In this document: positions 1 through 10,154 of the stretch, one piece after another
How the letters are laid out: each line of letters starts with the position of its first letter
Numbering within the stretch: position 1 is the stretch's first letter
DNA from: Azolla caroliniana
Taxonomy: Eukaryota; Plantae; Polypodiophyta
Reading direction: 5' to 3'
Length of the DNA: 32,292 nt
Assembly: GCA_043228905.1 (NCBI GenBank)
Contig: JBHGNT010000350.1
Span: 1-32,292 of the forward strand
The notes under the pieces: model-generated
What the model was told of the DNA's origin: nothing
Seen by the model: only the letters and a program-made list of their open reading frames with translations
Databases searched by the model: none
Translations under genes and position numbers: made by a program

Positions 1-183
1 ATTCGAACCTCGCCACTCATGCCCACCCCATAAAGCCTCTTACGCCCTCTCCTTGATCCGGACGACACTCTTTAACCCACACCGAATGACAATGCCCCTC
101 GACGCTTCACCCTTCCTATGCTCTCGTCCGCCTCTACGAAAGCCAAGAGGCCCACGCGCACGGGAACGGCTCGGGCGGGAAAA

Positions 184-234
184 GAACGCAACCCATGCCC
201 GGGACTTCCCGGAGGTCACCCATCCCAGTACTGT
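184..234 (-). pseudogene. Truncated 5S 3'-half copy in the spacer (5S nt 73-106 plus degenerate tail); shown for unit 1, present in every unit
   Basis: ggacttcccgggaggtcacccatcccagtactgt (34 bp) occurs twice per unit, 77 bp apart. The unit 1 and unit 5 spacer copies lack one G. Confidence 0.85.
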
Positions 235-259
235 GCACGAAAAGAAGACGACTCGAAGC

Positions 260-264
260 AAAAA
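260..264 (-). terminator. Pol III terminator T5 directly after the gene; back-up T4 runs at 240-243 and 180-183; all units
   Basis: AAAAA on + strand abuts the gene 3' end. Confidence 0.9.
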
Positions 265-290
265 GGGTGCAGCACCAGGACTTCCCGGGA

Positions 291-303
291 GGTCACCCAT
301 CCC
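291..303 (-). promoter_or_regulatory. 5S internal control region C-box (GGGATGGGTGACC); shown for unit 1
   Basis: Position about +81..+93, canonical GGATGGG TFIIIA zf1-3 site. Confidence 0.8.
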
Positions 304-321
304 AGTACTGTTCTGGCCCAA

Positions 322-333
322 GCGCGCTTAACT
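322..333 (-). promoter_or_regulatory. 5S internal control region A-box (AGTTAAGCGCGC); shown for unit 1, present in all genes
   Basis: Position about +51..+62 and sequence match the plant 5S type-1 Pol III A-box. Confidence 0.8.
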
Positions 334-383
334 GCGGAGTTCTGATGGGATCCGGTGTATTAGCGCTGGTATGACCGCACCAC

Positions 384-413
384 GACAGTGCCCTGCGTTC
401 CGAGGTACTAATG
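384..413 (-). promoter_or_regulatory. 5S upstream region: C at -1, GC at -13/-12, only a weak AT motif (ATTAGTA) near -23..-29
   Basis: Minus strand ...CATTAGTACCTCGGAACGCAGGGCACTGTC|GTGG; -1 C and ~-12 GC are conserved plant 5S upstream elements. Confidence 0.5.
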
Positions 414-508
414 CTACACGAACCTACACAAAAATGCCTACGAGGACAACTAATATCGAGGGACCCACCACGTCACCGTCCCAACCGCACGCGCGACGGG
501 CGCCGGCG

Positions 509-532
509 AAGGCTAAGGCTAAGGCTAAGGCT
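509..532 (+). repeat. (AAGGCT)4 hexamer microsatellite in spacer, all units
   Basis: Seen directly; source of the AKAKAKAK in shadow ORFs. Confidence 0.95.
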
Positions 533-551
533 TTGGATCCTAGAGAAGGAC

Positions 552-562
552 TATATATATAT
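552..562. repeat. (TA)5T tract in spacer, all units
   Basis: ctatatatatatcccc. Confidence 0.9.
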
Positions 563-571
563 CCCCTGCCC

Positions 572-582
572 GGATTCGAACC
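572..582 (-). promoter_or_regulatory. tRNA-type Pol III B-box motif GGTTCGAATCC in spacer, all units (function unproven)
   Basis: + strand ggattcgaacc; exact match to GGTTCGANTCC. Confidence 0.45.
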
Positions 583-838
583 TCGCCACTCATGCCCACC
601 CCATAAAGCCTCTTACGCCCTCTCCTTGATCCGGACGACACTCTTTAACCCACACCGAATGACAATGCCCCTCGACGCTTCACCCTTCCTATGCTCTCGT
701 CCGCCTCTACGAAAGCCAAGAGGCCCACGCGCACGGGAACGGCTCGGGCGGGAAAAGAACGCAACCCATGCCCGGGACTTCCCGGGAGGTCACCCATCCC
801 AGTACTGTGCACGAAAAGAAGACGACTCGAAGCAAAAA

Positions 839-956
839 GGGTGCAGCACAGGGACTTCCCGGGAGGTCACCCATCCAGTACTGTTCTGGCCCAAGCGCGC
901 TTAACTGCGGAGTTCTGATGGGATCCGGTGTATTAGCGCTGGTATGACCGCACCAC
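839..956 (-). rRNA. 5S rRNA: 5S rRNA copy 2 (CAGGG variant; 1-bp deletion near 875)
   Basis: Repeat of copy 1. Confidence 0.95.
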
Positions 957-1412
957 GACAGTGCCCTGCGTTCCGAGGTACTAATGCTACACGAACCTAC
1001 ACAAAAATGCCCTACGAGGACAACTAATATCGAGGGACCCACCACGTCACCGTCCCAACCGCACGCGCGACGGGCGCCGGCGAAGGCTAAGGCTAAGGCT
1101 AAGGCTTTGGATCCTAGAGAAGGACTATATATATATCCCCTGCCCGGATTCGAACCTCGCCACTCATGCCCACCCCATAAAGCCTCTTACGCCCTCTCCT
1201 TGATCCGGACGACACTCTTTAACCCACACCGAATGACAATGCCCCTCGACGCTTCACCCTTCCTATGCTCTCGTCCGCCTCTACGAAAGCCAAGAGGCCC
1301 ACGCGCACGGGAACGGCTCGGGCGGGAAAAGAACGCAACCCATGCCCGGGACTTCCCGGGAGGTCACCCATCCCAGTACTGTGCACGAAAAGAAGACGAC
1401 TCGAAGCAAAAA

Positions 1413-1531
1413 GGGTGCAGCACAGGGACTTCCCGGGAGGTCACCCATCCCAGTACTGTTCTGGCCCAAGCGCGCTTAACTGCGGAGTTCTGATGGGATC
1501 CGGTGTATTAGCGCTGGTATGACCGCACCAC
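1413..1531 (-). rRNA. 5S rRNA: 5S rRNA copy 3 (CAGGG variant)
   Basis: Repeat of copy 1. Confidence 0.96.
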
Positions 1532-1987
1532 GACAGTGCCCTGCGTTCCGAGGTACTAATGCTACACGAACCTACACAAAAATGCCCTACGAGGACAACT
1601 AATATCGAGGGACCCACCACGTCACCGTCCCAACCGCACGCGCGACGGGCGCCGGCGAAGGCTAAGGCTAAGGCTAAGGCTTTGGATCCTAGAGAAGGAC
1701 TATATATATATCCCCTGCCCGGATTCGAACCTCGCCACTCATGCCCACCCCATAAAGCCTCTTACGCCCTCTCCTTGATCCGGACGACACTCTTTAACCC
1801 ACACCGAATGACAATGCCCCTCGACGCTTCACCCTTCCTATGCTCTCGTCCGCCTCTACGAAAGCCAAGAGGCCCACGCGCACGGGAACGGCTCGGGCGG
1901 GAAAAGAACGCAACCCATGCCCGGGACTTCCCGGGAGGTCACCCATCCCAGTACTGTGCACGAAAAGAAGACGACTCGAAGCAAAAA

Positions 1988-2106
1988 GGGTGCAGCACCA
2001 GGACTTCCCGGGAGGTCACCCATCCCAGTACTGTTCTGGCCCAAGCGCGCTTAACTGCGGAGTTCTGATGGGATCCGGTGTATTAGCGCTGGTATGACCG
2101 CACCAC
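1988..2106 (-). rRNA. 5S rRNA: 5S rRNA copy 4
   Basis: Repeat of copy 1. Confidence 0.97.
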
Positions 2107-2561
2107 GACAGTGCCCTGCGTTCCGAGGTACTAATGCTACACGAACCTACACAAAAATGCCCTACGAGGACAACTAATATCGAGGGACCCACCACGTCAC
2201 CGTCCCAACCGCACGCGCGACGGGCGCCGGCGAAGGCTAAGGCTAAGGCTAAGGCTTTGGATCCTAGAGAAGGACTATATATATATCCCCTGCCCGGATT
2301 CGAACCTCGCCACTCATGCCCACCCCATAAAGCCTCTTACGCCCTCTCCTTGATCCGGACGACACTCTTTAACCCACACCGAATGACAATGCCCCTCGAC
2401 GCTTCACCCTTCCTATGCTCTCGTCCGCCTCTACGAAAGCCAAGAGGCCCACGCGCACGGGAACGGCTCGGGCGGGAAAAGAACGCAACCCATGCCCGGG
2501 ACTTCCCGGAGGTCACCCATCCCAGTACTGTGCACGAAAAGAAGACGACTCGAAGCAAAAA

Positions 2562-2680
2562 GGGTGCAGCACCAGGACTTCCCGGGAGGTCACCCATCCC
2601 AGTACTGTTCTGGCCCAAGCGCGCTTAACTGCGGAGTTCTGATGGGATCCGGTGTATTAGCGCTGGTATGACCGCACCAC
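2562..2680 (-). rRNA. 5S rRNA: 5S rRNA copy 5
   Basis: Repeat of copy 1. Confidence 0.97.
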
Positions 2681-3136
2681 GACAGTGCCCTGCGTTCCGA
2701 GGTACTAATGCTACACGAACCTACACAAAAATGCCCTACGAGGACAACTAATATCGAGGGACCCACCACGTCACCGTCCCAACCGCACGCGCGACGGGCG
2801 CCGGCGAAGGCTAAGGCTAAGGCTAAGGCTTTGGATCCTAGAGAAGGACTATATATATATCCCCTGCCCGGATTCGAACCTCGCCACTCATGCCCACCCC
2901 ATAAAGCCTCTTACGCCCTCTCCTTGATCCGGACGACACTCTTTAACCCACACCGAATGACAATGCCCCTCGACGCTTCACCCTTCCTATGCTCTCGTCC
3001 GCCTCTACGAAAGCCAAGAGGCCCACGCGCACGGGAACGGCTCGGGCGGGAAAAGAACGCAACCCATGCCCGGGACTTCCCGGGAGGTCACCCATCCCAG
3101 TACTGTGCACGAAAAGAAGACGACTCGAAGCAAAAA

Positions 3137-3255
3137 GGGTGCAGCACAGGGACTTCCCGGGAGGTCACCCATCCCAGTACTGTTCTGGCCCAAGCGCGCT
3201 TAACTGCGGAGTTCTGATGGGATCCGGTGTATTAGCGCTGGTATGACCGCACCAC
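3137..3255 (-). rRNA. 5S rRNA: 5S rRNA copy 6 (CAGGG variant)
   Basis: Repeat of copy 1. Confidence 0.96.
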
Positions 3256-3711
3256 GACAGTGCCCTGCGTTCCGAGGTACTAATGCTACACGAACCTACA
3301 CAAAAATGCCCTACGAGGACAACTAATATCGAGGGACCCACCACGTCACCGTCCCAACCGCACGCGCGACGGGCGCCGGCGAAGGCTAAGGCTAAGGCTA
3401 AGGCTTTGGATCCTAGAGAAGGACTATATATATATCCCCTGCCCGGATTCGAACCTCGCCACTCATGCCCACCCCATAAAGCCTCTTACGCCCTCTCCTT
3501 GATCCGGACGACACTCTTTAACCCACACCGAATGACAATGCCCCTCGACGCTTCACCCTTCCTATGCTCTCGTCCGCCTCTACGAAAGCCAAGAGGCCCA
3601 CGCGCACGGGAACGGCTCGGGCGGGAAAAGAACGCAACCCATGCCCGGGACTTCCCGGGAGGTCACCCATCCCAGTACTGTGCACGAAAAGAAGACGACT
3701 CGAAGCAAAAA

Positions 3712-3829
3712 GGGTGCAGCACAGGGACTTCCCGGAGGTCACCCATCCCAGTACTGTTCTGGCCCAAGCGCGCTTAACTGCGGAGTTCTGATGGGATCCG
3801 GTGTATTAGCGCTGGTATGACCGCACCAC
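3712..3829 (-). rRNA. 5S rRNA: 5S rRNA copy 7 (CAGGG variant; 1-bp deletion near 3734)
   Basis: Repeat of copy 1. Confidence 0.95.
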
Positions 3830-4285
3830 GACAGTGCCCTGCGTTCCGAGGTACTAATGCTACACGAACCTACACAAAAATGCCCTACGAGGACAACTAA
3901 TATCGAGGGACCCACCACGTCACCGTCCCAACCGCACGCGCGACGGGCGCCGGCGAAGGCTAAGGCTAAGGCTAAGGCTTTGGATCCTAGAGAAGGACTA
4001 TATATATATCCCCTGCCCGGATTCGAACCTCGCCACTCATGCCCACCCCATAAAGCCTCTTACGCCCTCTCCTTGATCCGGACGACACTCTTTAACCCAC
4101 ACCGAATGACAATGCCCCTCGACGCTTCACCCTTCCTATGCTCTCGTCCGCCTCTACGAAAGCCAAGAGGCCCACGCGCACGGGAACGGCTCGGGCGGGA
4201 AAAGAACGCAACCCATGCCCGGGACTTCCCGGGAGGTCACCCATCCCAGTACTGTGCACGAAAAGAAGACGACTCGAAGCAAAAA

Positions 4286-4404
4286 GGGTGCAGCACCAGG
4301 ACTTCCCGGGAGGTCACCCATCCCAGTACTGTTCTGGCCCAAGCGCGCTTAACTGCGGAGTTCTGATGGGATCCGGTGTATTAGCGCTGGTATGACCGCA
4401 CCAC
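4286..4404 (-). rRNA. 5S rRNA: 5S rRNA copy 8
   Basis: Repeat of copy 1. Confidence 0.97.
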
Positions 4405-4860
4405 GACAGTGCCCTGCGTTCCGAGGTACTAATGCTACACGAACCTACACAAAAATGCCCTACGAGGACAACTAATATCGAGGGACCCACCACGTCACCG
4501 TCCCAACCGCACGCGCGACGGGCGCCGGCGAAGGCTAAGGCTAAGGCTAAGGCTTTGGATCCTAGAGAAGGACTATATATATATCCCCTGCCCGGATTCG
4601 AACCTCGCCACTCATGCCCACCCCATAAAGCCTCTTACGCCCTCTCCTTGATCCGGACGACACTCTTTAACCCACACCGAATGACAATGCCCCTCGACGC
4701 TTCACCCTTCCTATGCTCTCGTCCGCCTCTACGAAAGCCAAGAGGCCCACGCGCACGGGAACGGCTCGGGCGGGAAAAGAACGCAACCCATGCCCGGGAC
4801 TTCCCGGGAGGTCACCCATCCCAGTACTGTGCACGAAAAGAAGACGACTCGAAGCAAAAA

Positions 4861-4979
4861 GGGTGCAGCACCAGGACTTCCCGGGAGGTCACCCATCCCA
4901 GTACTGTTCTGGCCCAAGCGCGCTTAACTGCGGAGTTCTGATGGGATCCGGTGTATTAGCGCTGGTATGACCGCACCAC
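4861..4979 (-). rRNA. 5S rRNA: 5S rRNA copy 9
   Basis: Repeat of copy 1. Confidence 0.97.
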
Positions 4980-5435
4980 GACAGTGCCCTGCGTTCCGAG
5001 GTACTAATGCTACACGAACCTACACAAAAATGCCCTACGAGGACAACTAATATCGAGGGACCCACCACGTCACCGTCCCAACCGCACGCGCGACGGGCGC
5101 CGGCGAAGGCTAAGGCTAAGGCTAAGGCTTTGGATCCTAGAGAAGGACTATATATATATCCCCTGCCCGGATTCGAACCTCGCCACTCATGCCCACCCCA
5201 TAAAGCCTCTTACGCCCTCTCCTTGATCCGGACGACACTCTTTAACCCACACCGAATGACAATGCCCCTCGACGCTTCACCCTTCCTATGCTCTCGTCCG
5301 CCTCTACGAAAGCCAAGAGGCCCACGCGCACGGGAACGGCTCGGGCGGGAAAAGAACGCAACCCATGCCCGGGACTTCCCGGGAGGTCACCCATCCCAGT
5401 ACTGTGCACGAAAAGAAGACGACTCGAAGCAAAAA

Positions 5436-5554
5436 GGGTGCAGCACCAGGACTTCCCGGGAGGTCACCCATCCCAGTACTGTTCTGGCCCAAGCGCGCTT
5501 AACTGCGGAGTTCTGATGGGATCCGGTGTATTAGCGCTGGTATGACCGCACCAC
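5436..5554 (-). rRNA. 5S rRNA: 5S rRNA copy 10
   Basis: Repeat of copy 1. Confidence 0.97.
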
Positions 5555-6010
5555 GACAGTGCCCTGCGTTCCGAGGTACTAATGCTACACGAACCTACAC
5601 AAAAATGCCCTACGAGGACAACTAATATCGAGGGACCCACCACGTCACCGTCCCAACCGCACGCGCGACGGGCGCCGGCGAAGGCTAAGGCTAAGGCTAA
5701 GGCTTTGGATCCTAGAGAAGGACTATATATATATCCCCTGCCCGGATTCGAACCTCGCCACTCATGCCCACCCCATAAAGCCTCTTACGCCCTCTCCTTG
5801 ATCCGGACGACACTCTTTAACCCACACCGAATGACAATGCCCCTCGACGCTTCACCCTTCCTATGCTCTCGTCCGCCTCTACGAAAGCCAAGAGGCCCAC
5901 GCGCACGGGAACGGCTCGGGCGGGAAAAGAACGCAACCCATGCCCGGGACTTCCCGGGAGGTCACCCATCCCAGTACTGTGCACGAAAAGAAGACGACTC
6001 GAAGCAAAAA

Positions 6011-6130
6011 GGGGTGCAGCACCAGGACTTCCCGGGAGGTCACCCATCCCAGTACTGTTCTGGCCCAAGCGCGCTTAACTGCGGAGTTCTGATGGGATCC
6101 GGTGTATTAGCGCTGGTATGACCGCACCAC
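6011..6130 (-). rRNA. 5S rRNA: 5S rRNA copy 11 (extra C at 3' end)
   Basis: Repeat of copy 1. Confidence 0.96.
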
Positions 6131-6585
6131 GACAGTGCCCTGCGTTCCGAGGTACTAATGCTACACGAACCTACACAAAAATGCCCTACGAGGACAACTA
6201 ATATCGAGGGACCCACCACGTCACCGTCCCAACCGCACGCGCGACGGGCGCCGGCGAAGGCTAAGGCTAAGGCTAAGGCTTTGGATCCTAGAGAAGGACT
6301 ATATATATATCCCCTGCCCGGATTCGAACCTCGCCACTCATGCCCACCCATAAAGCCTCTTACGCCCTCTCCTTGATCCGGACGACACTCTTTAACCCAC
6401 ACCGAATGACAATGCCCCTCGACGCTTCACCCTTCCTATGCTCTCGTCCGCCTCTACGAAAGCCAAGAGGCCCACGCGCACGGGAACGGCTCGGGCGGGA
6501 AAAGAACGCAACCCATGCCCGGGACTTCCCGGGAGGTCACCCATCCCAGTACTGTGCACGAAAAGAAGACGACTCGAAGCAAAAA

Positions 6586-6704
6586 GGGTGCAGCACCAGG
6601 ACTTCCCGGGAGGTCACCCATCCCAGTACTGTTCTGGCCCAAGCGCGCTTAACTGCGGAGTTCTGATGGGATCCGGTGTATTAGCGCTGGTATGACCGCA
6701 CCAC
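6586..6704 (-). rRNA. 5S rRNA: 5S rRNA copy 12
   Basis: Repeat of copy 1. Confidence 0.97.
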
Positions 6705-7160
6705 GACAGTGCCCTGCGTTCCGAGGTACTAATGCTACACGAACCTACACAAAAATGCCCTACGAGGACAACTAATATCGAGGGACCCACCACGTCACCG
6801 TCCCAACCGCACGCGCGACGGGCGCCGGCGAAGGCTAAGGCTAAGGCTAAGGCTTTGGATCCTAGAGAAGGACTATATATATATCCCCTGCCCGGATTCG
6901 AACCTCGCCACTCATGCCCACCCCATAAAGCCTCTTACGCCCTCTCCTTGATCCGGACGACACTCTTTAACCCACACCGAATGACAATGCCCCTCGACGC
7001 TTCACCCTTCCTATGCTCTCGTCCGCCTCTACGAAAGCCAAGAGGCCCACGCGCACGGGAACGGCTCGGGCGGGAAAAGAACGCAACCCATGCCCGGGAC
7101 TTCCCGGGAGGTCACCCATCCCAGTACTGTGCACGAAAAGAAGACGACTCGAAGCAAAAA

Positions 7161-7279
7161 GGGTGCAGCACCAGGACTTCCCGGGAGGTCACCCATCCCA
7201 GTACTGTTCTGGCCCAAGCGCGCTTAACTGCGGAGTTCTGATGGGATCCGGTGTATTAGCGCTGGTATGACCGCACCAC
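7161..7279 (-). rRNA. 5S rRNA: 5S rRNA copy 13
   Basis: Repeat of copy 1. Confidence 0.97.
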
Positions 7280-7735
7280 GACAGTGCCCTGCGTTCCGAG
7301 GTACTAATGCTACACGAACCTACACAAAAATGCCCTACGAGGACAACTAATATCGAGGGACCCACCACGTCACCGTCCCAACCGCACGCGCGACGGGCGC
7401 CGGCGAAGGCTAAGGCTAAGGCTAAGGCTTTGGATCCTAGAGAAGGACTATATATATATCCCCTGCCCGGATTCGAACCTCGCCACTCATGCCCACCCCA
7501 TAAAGCCTCTTACGCCCTCTCCTTGATCCGGACGACACTCTTTAACCCACACCGAATGACAATGCCCCTCGACGCTTCACCCTTCCTATGCTCTCGTCCG
7601 CCTCTACGAAAGCCAAGAGGCCCACGCGCACGGGAACGGCTCGGGCGGGAAAAGAACGCAACCCATGCCCGGGACTTCCCGGGAGGTCACCCATCCCAGT
7701 ACTGTGCACGAAAAGAAGACGACTCGAAGCAAAAA

Positions 7736-7854
7736 GGGTGCAGCACCAGGACTTCCCGGGAGGTCACCCATCCCAGTACTGTTCTGGCCCAAGCGCGCTT
7801 AACTGCGGAGTTCTGATGGGATCCGGTGTATTAGCGCTGGTATGACCGCACCAC
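7736..7854 (-). rRNA. 5S rRNA: 5S rRNA copy 14
   Basis: Repeat of copy 1. Confidence 0.97.
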
Positions 7855-8310
7855 GACAGTGCCCTGCGTTCCGAGGTACTAATGCTACACGAACCTACAC
7901 AAAAATGCCCTACGAGGACAACTAATATCGAGGGACCCACCACGTCACCGTCCCAACCGCACGCGCGACGGGCGCCGGCGAAGGCTAAGGCTAAGGCTAA
8001 GGCTTTGGATCCTAGAGAAGGACTATATATATATCCCCTGCCCGGATTCGAACCTCGCCACTCATGCCCACCCCATAAAGCCTCTTACGCCCTCTCCTTG
8101 ATCCGGACGACACTCTTTAACCCACACCGAATGACAATGCCCCTCGACGCTTCACCCTTCCTATGCTCTCGTCCGCCTCTACGAAAGCCAAGAGGCCCAC
8201 GCGCACGGGAACGGCTCGGGCGGGAAAAGAACGCAACCCATGCCCGGGACTTCCCGGGAGGTCACCCATCCCAGTACTGTGCACGAAAAGAAGACGACTC
8301 GAAGCAAAAA

Positions 8311-8429
8311 GGGTGCAGCACCAGGACTTCCCGGGAGGTCACCCATCCCAGTACTGTTCTGGCCCAAGCGCGCTTAACTGCGGAGTTCTGATGGGATCCG
8401 GTGTATTAGCGCTGGTATGACCGCACCAC
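8311..8429 (-). rRNA. 5S rRNA: 5S rRNA copy 15
   Basis: Repeat of copy 1. Confidence 0.97.
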
Positions 8430-8885
8430 GACAGTGCCCTGCGTTCCGAGGTACTAATGCTACACGAACCTACACAAAAATGCCCTACGAGGACAACTAA
8501 TATCGAGGGACCCACCACGTCACCGTCCCAACCGCACGCGCGACGGGCGCCGGCGAAGGCTAAGGCTAAGGCTAAGGCTTTGGATCCTAGAGAAGGACTA
8601 TATATATATCCCCTGCCCGGATTCGAACCTCGCCACTCATGCCCACCCCATAAAGCCTCTTACGCCCTCTCCTTGATCCGGACGACACTCTTTAACCCAC
8701 ACCGAATGACAATGCCCCTCGACGCTTCACCCTTCCTATGCTCTCGTCCGCCTCTACGAAAGCCAAGAGGCCCACGCGCACGGGAACGGCTCGGGCGGGA
8801 AAAGAACGCAACCCATGCCCGGGACTTCCCGGGAGGTCACCCATCCCAGTACTGTGCACGAAAAGAAGACGACTCGAAGCAAAAA

Positions 8886-9004
8886 GGGTGCAGCACCAGG
8901 ACTTCCCGGGAGGTCACCCATCCCAGTACTGTTCTGGCCCAAGCGCGCTTAACTGCGGAGTTCTGATGGGATCCGGTGTATTAGCGCTGGTATGACCGCA
9001 CCAC
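8886..9004 (-). rRNA. 5S rRNA: 5S rRNA copy 16
   Basis: Repeat of copy 1. Confidence 0.97.
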
Positions 9005-9460
9005 GACAGTGCCCTGCGTTCCGAGGTACTAATGCTACACGAACCTACACAAAAATGCCCTACGAGGACAACTAATATCGAGGGACCCACCACGTCACCG
9101 TCCCAACCGCACGCGCGACGGGCGCCGGCGAAGGCTAAGGCTAAGGCTAAGGCTTTGGATCCTAGAGAAGGACTATATATATATCCCCTGCCCGGATTCG
9201 AACCTCGCCACTCATGCCCACCCCATAAAGCCTCTTACGCCCTCTCCTTGATCCGGACGACACTCTTTAACCCACACCGAATGACAATGCCCCTCGACGC
9301 TTCACCCTTCCTATGCTCTCGTCCGCCTCTACGAAAGCCAAGAGGCCCACGCGCACGGGAACGGCTCGGGCGGGAAAAGAACGCAACCCATGCCCGGGAC
9401 TTCCCGGGAGGTCACCCATCCCAGTACTGTGCACGAAAAGAAGACGACTCGAAGCAAAAA

Positions 9461-9579
9461 GGGTGCAGCACCAGGACTTCCCGGGAGGTCACCCATCCCA
9501 GTACTGTTCTGGCCCAAGCGCGCTTAACTGCGGAGTTCTGATGGGATCCGGTGTATTAGCGCTGGTATGACCGCACCAC
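9461..9579 (-). rRNA. 5S rRNA: 5S rRNA copy 17
   Basis: Repeat of copy 1. Confidence 0.97.
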
Positions 9580-10035
9580 GACAGTGCCCTGCGTTCCGAG
9601 GTACTAATGCTACACGAACCTACACAAAAATGCCCTACGAGGACAACTAATATCGAGGGACCCACCACGTCACCGTCCCAACCGCACGCGCGACGGGCGC
9701 CGGCGAAGGCTAAGGCTAAGGCTAAGGCTTTGGATCCTAGAGAAGGACTATATATATATCCCCTGCCCGGATTCGAACCTCGCCACTCATGCCCACCCCA
9801 TAAAGCCTCTTACGCCCTCTCCTTGATCCGGACGACACTCTTTAACCCACACCGAATGACAATGCCCCTCGACGCTTCACCCTTCCTATGCTCTCGTCCG
9901 CCTCTACGAAAGCCAAGAGGCCCACGCGCACGGGAACGGCTCGGGCGGGAAAAGAACGCAACCCATGCCCGGGACTTCCCGGGAGGTCACCCATCCCAGT
10001 ACTGTGCACGAAAAGAAGACGACTCGAAGCAAAAA

Positions 10036-10154
10036 GGGTGCAGCACCAGGACTTCCCGGGAGGTCACCCATCCCAGTACTGTTCTGGCCCAAGCGCGCTT
10101 AACTGCGGAGTTCTGATGGGATCCGGTGTATTAGCGCTGGTATGACCGCACCAC
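10036..10154 (-). rRNA. 5S rRNA: 5S rRNA copy 18
   Basis: Repeat of copy 1. Confidence 0.97.

Larger units (their letters stand above)
265..383 (-). rRNA. 5S rRNA: 5S rRNA gene copy 1
   Basis: Reverse complement reads GTGGTGCGGTCATACCAGCGCTAATACACCGGATCCCATCAGAACTCCGCAGTTAAGCGCGCTTGGGCCAGAACAGTACTGGGATGGGTGACCTCCCGGGAAGTCCTGGTGCTGCACCC, then TTTTT. It has the conserved plant 5S motifs, an internal BamHI site and helix I pairing GGUGCGG/CUGCACC. Confidence 0.98.

Noticed and set aside
202-311. CRISPR-like look: 34-bp direct repeats separated by 43 bp (three copies at 19172-19359)
   Set aside because: The repeat is part of eukaryotic 5S rRNA, the intervening sequences are identical rather than unique, and there are no cas genes
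184-383. Cassandra TRIM or 5S-derived SINE3
   Set aside because: The 5S gene is full length with a terminator. No TG..CA LTR pair, internal domain, PPT or target-site duplication was recognised, and the PBS-like TGGTATGA is just the antisense of 5S nt 11-18.
509-532. (TAAGGC)n as telomere-like repeat
   Set aside because: Only 4 copies and no match to TTTAGGG or TTAGGG; one mismatch from nematode TTAGGC is not meaningful
552-566. Pol I initiation motif TATATAGGGG
   Set aside because: The order is wrong on both strands (+ TATATATCCCC; - GGGGATATATATATAG) and no 35S sequence is present
561-660. Intact tRNA gene around GGTTCGAATCC
   Set aside because: The T-stem pairs only 3 of 5, there is no 5' acceptor strand complementary to CAGGGGA, and no anticodon arm was found; kept only as a B-box motif
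984-1493. 169-aa + strand ORF (MLHEPTQK...) and the 85-aa and 62-aa ORFs repeated in nearly every unit
   Set aside because: They overlap the 5S gene, are P/R/A-rich as expected from GC-rich DNA and have no recognisable domain. AKAKAK comes from the hexamer repeat. Conservation simply reflects unit identity.
208-6350. Seven 1-bp indels (about 211, 437, 875, 2508, 3734, 6011, 6347) as real pseudogenising mutations
   Set aside because: All are in C/G homopolymers and confined to the first 6.4 kb, typical of low-coverage long-read error at a contig end
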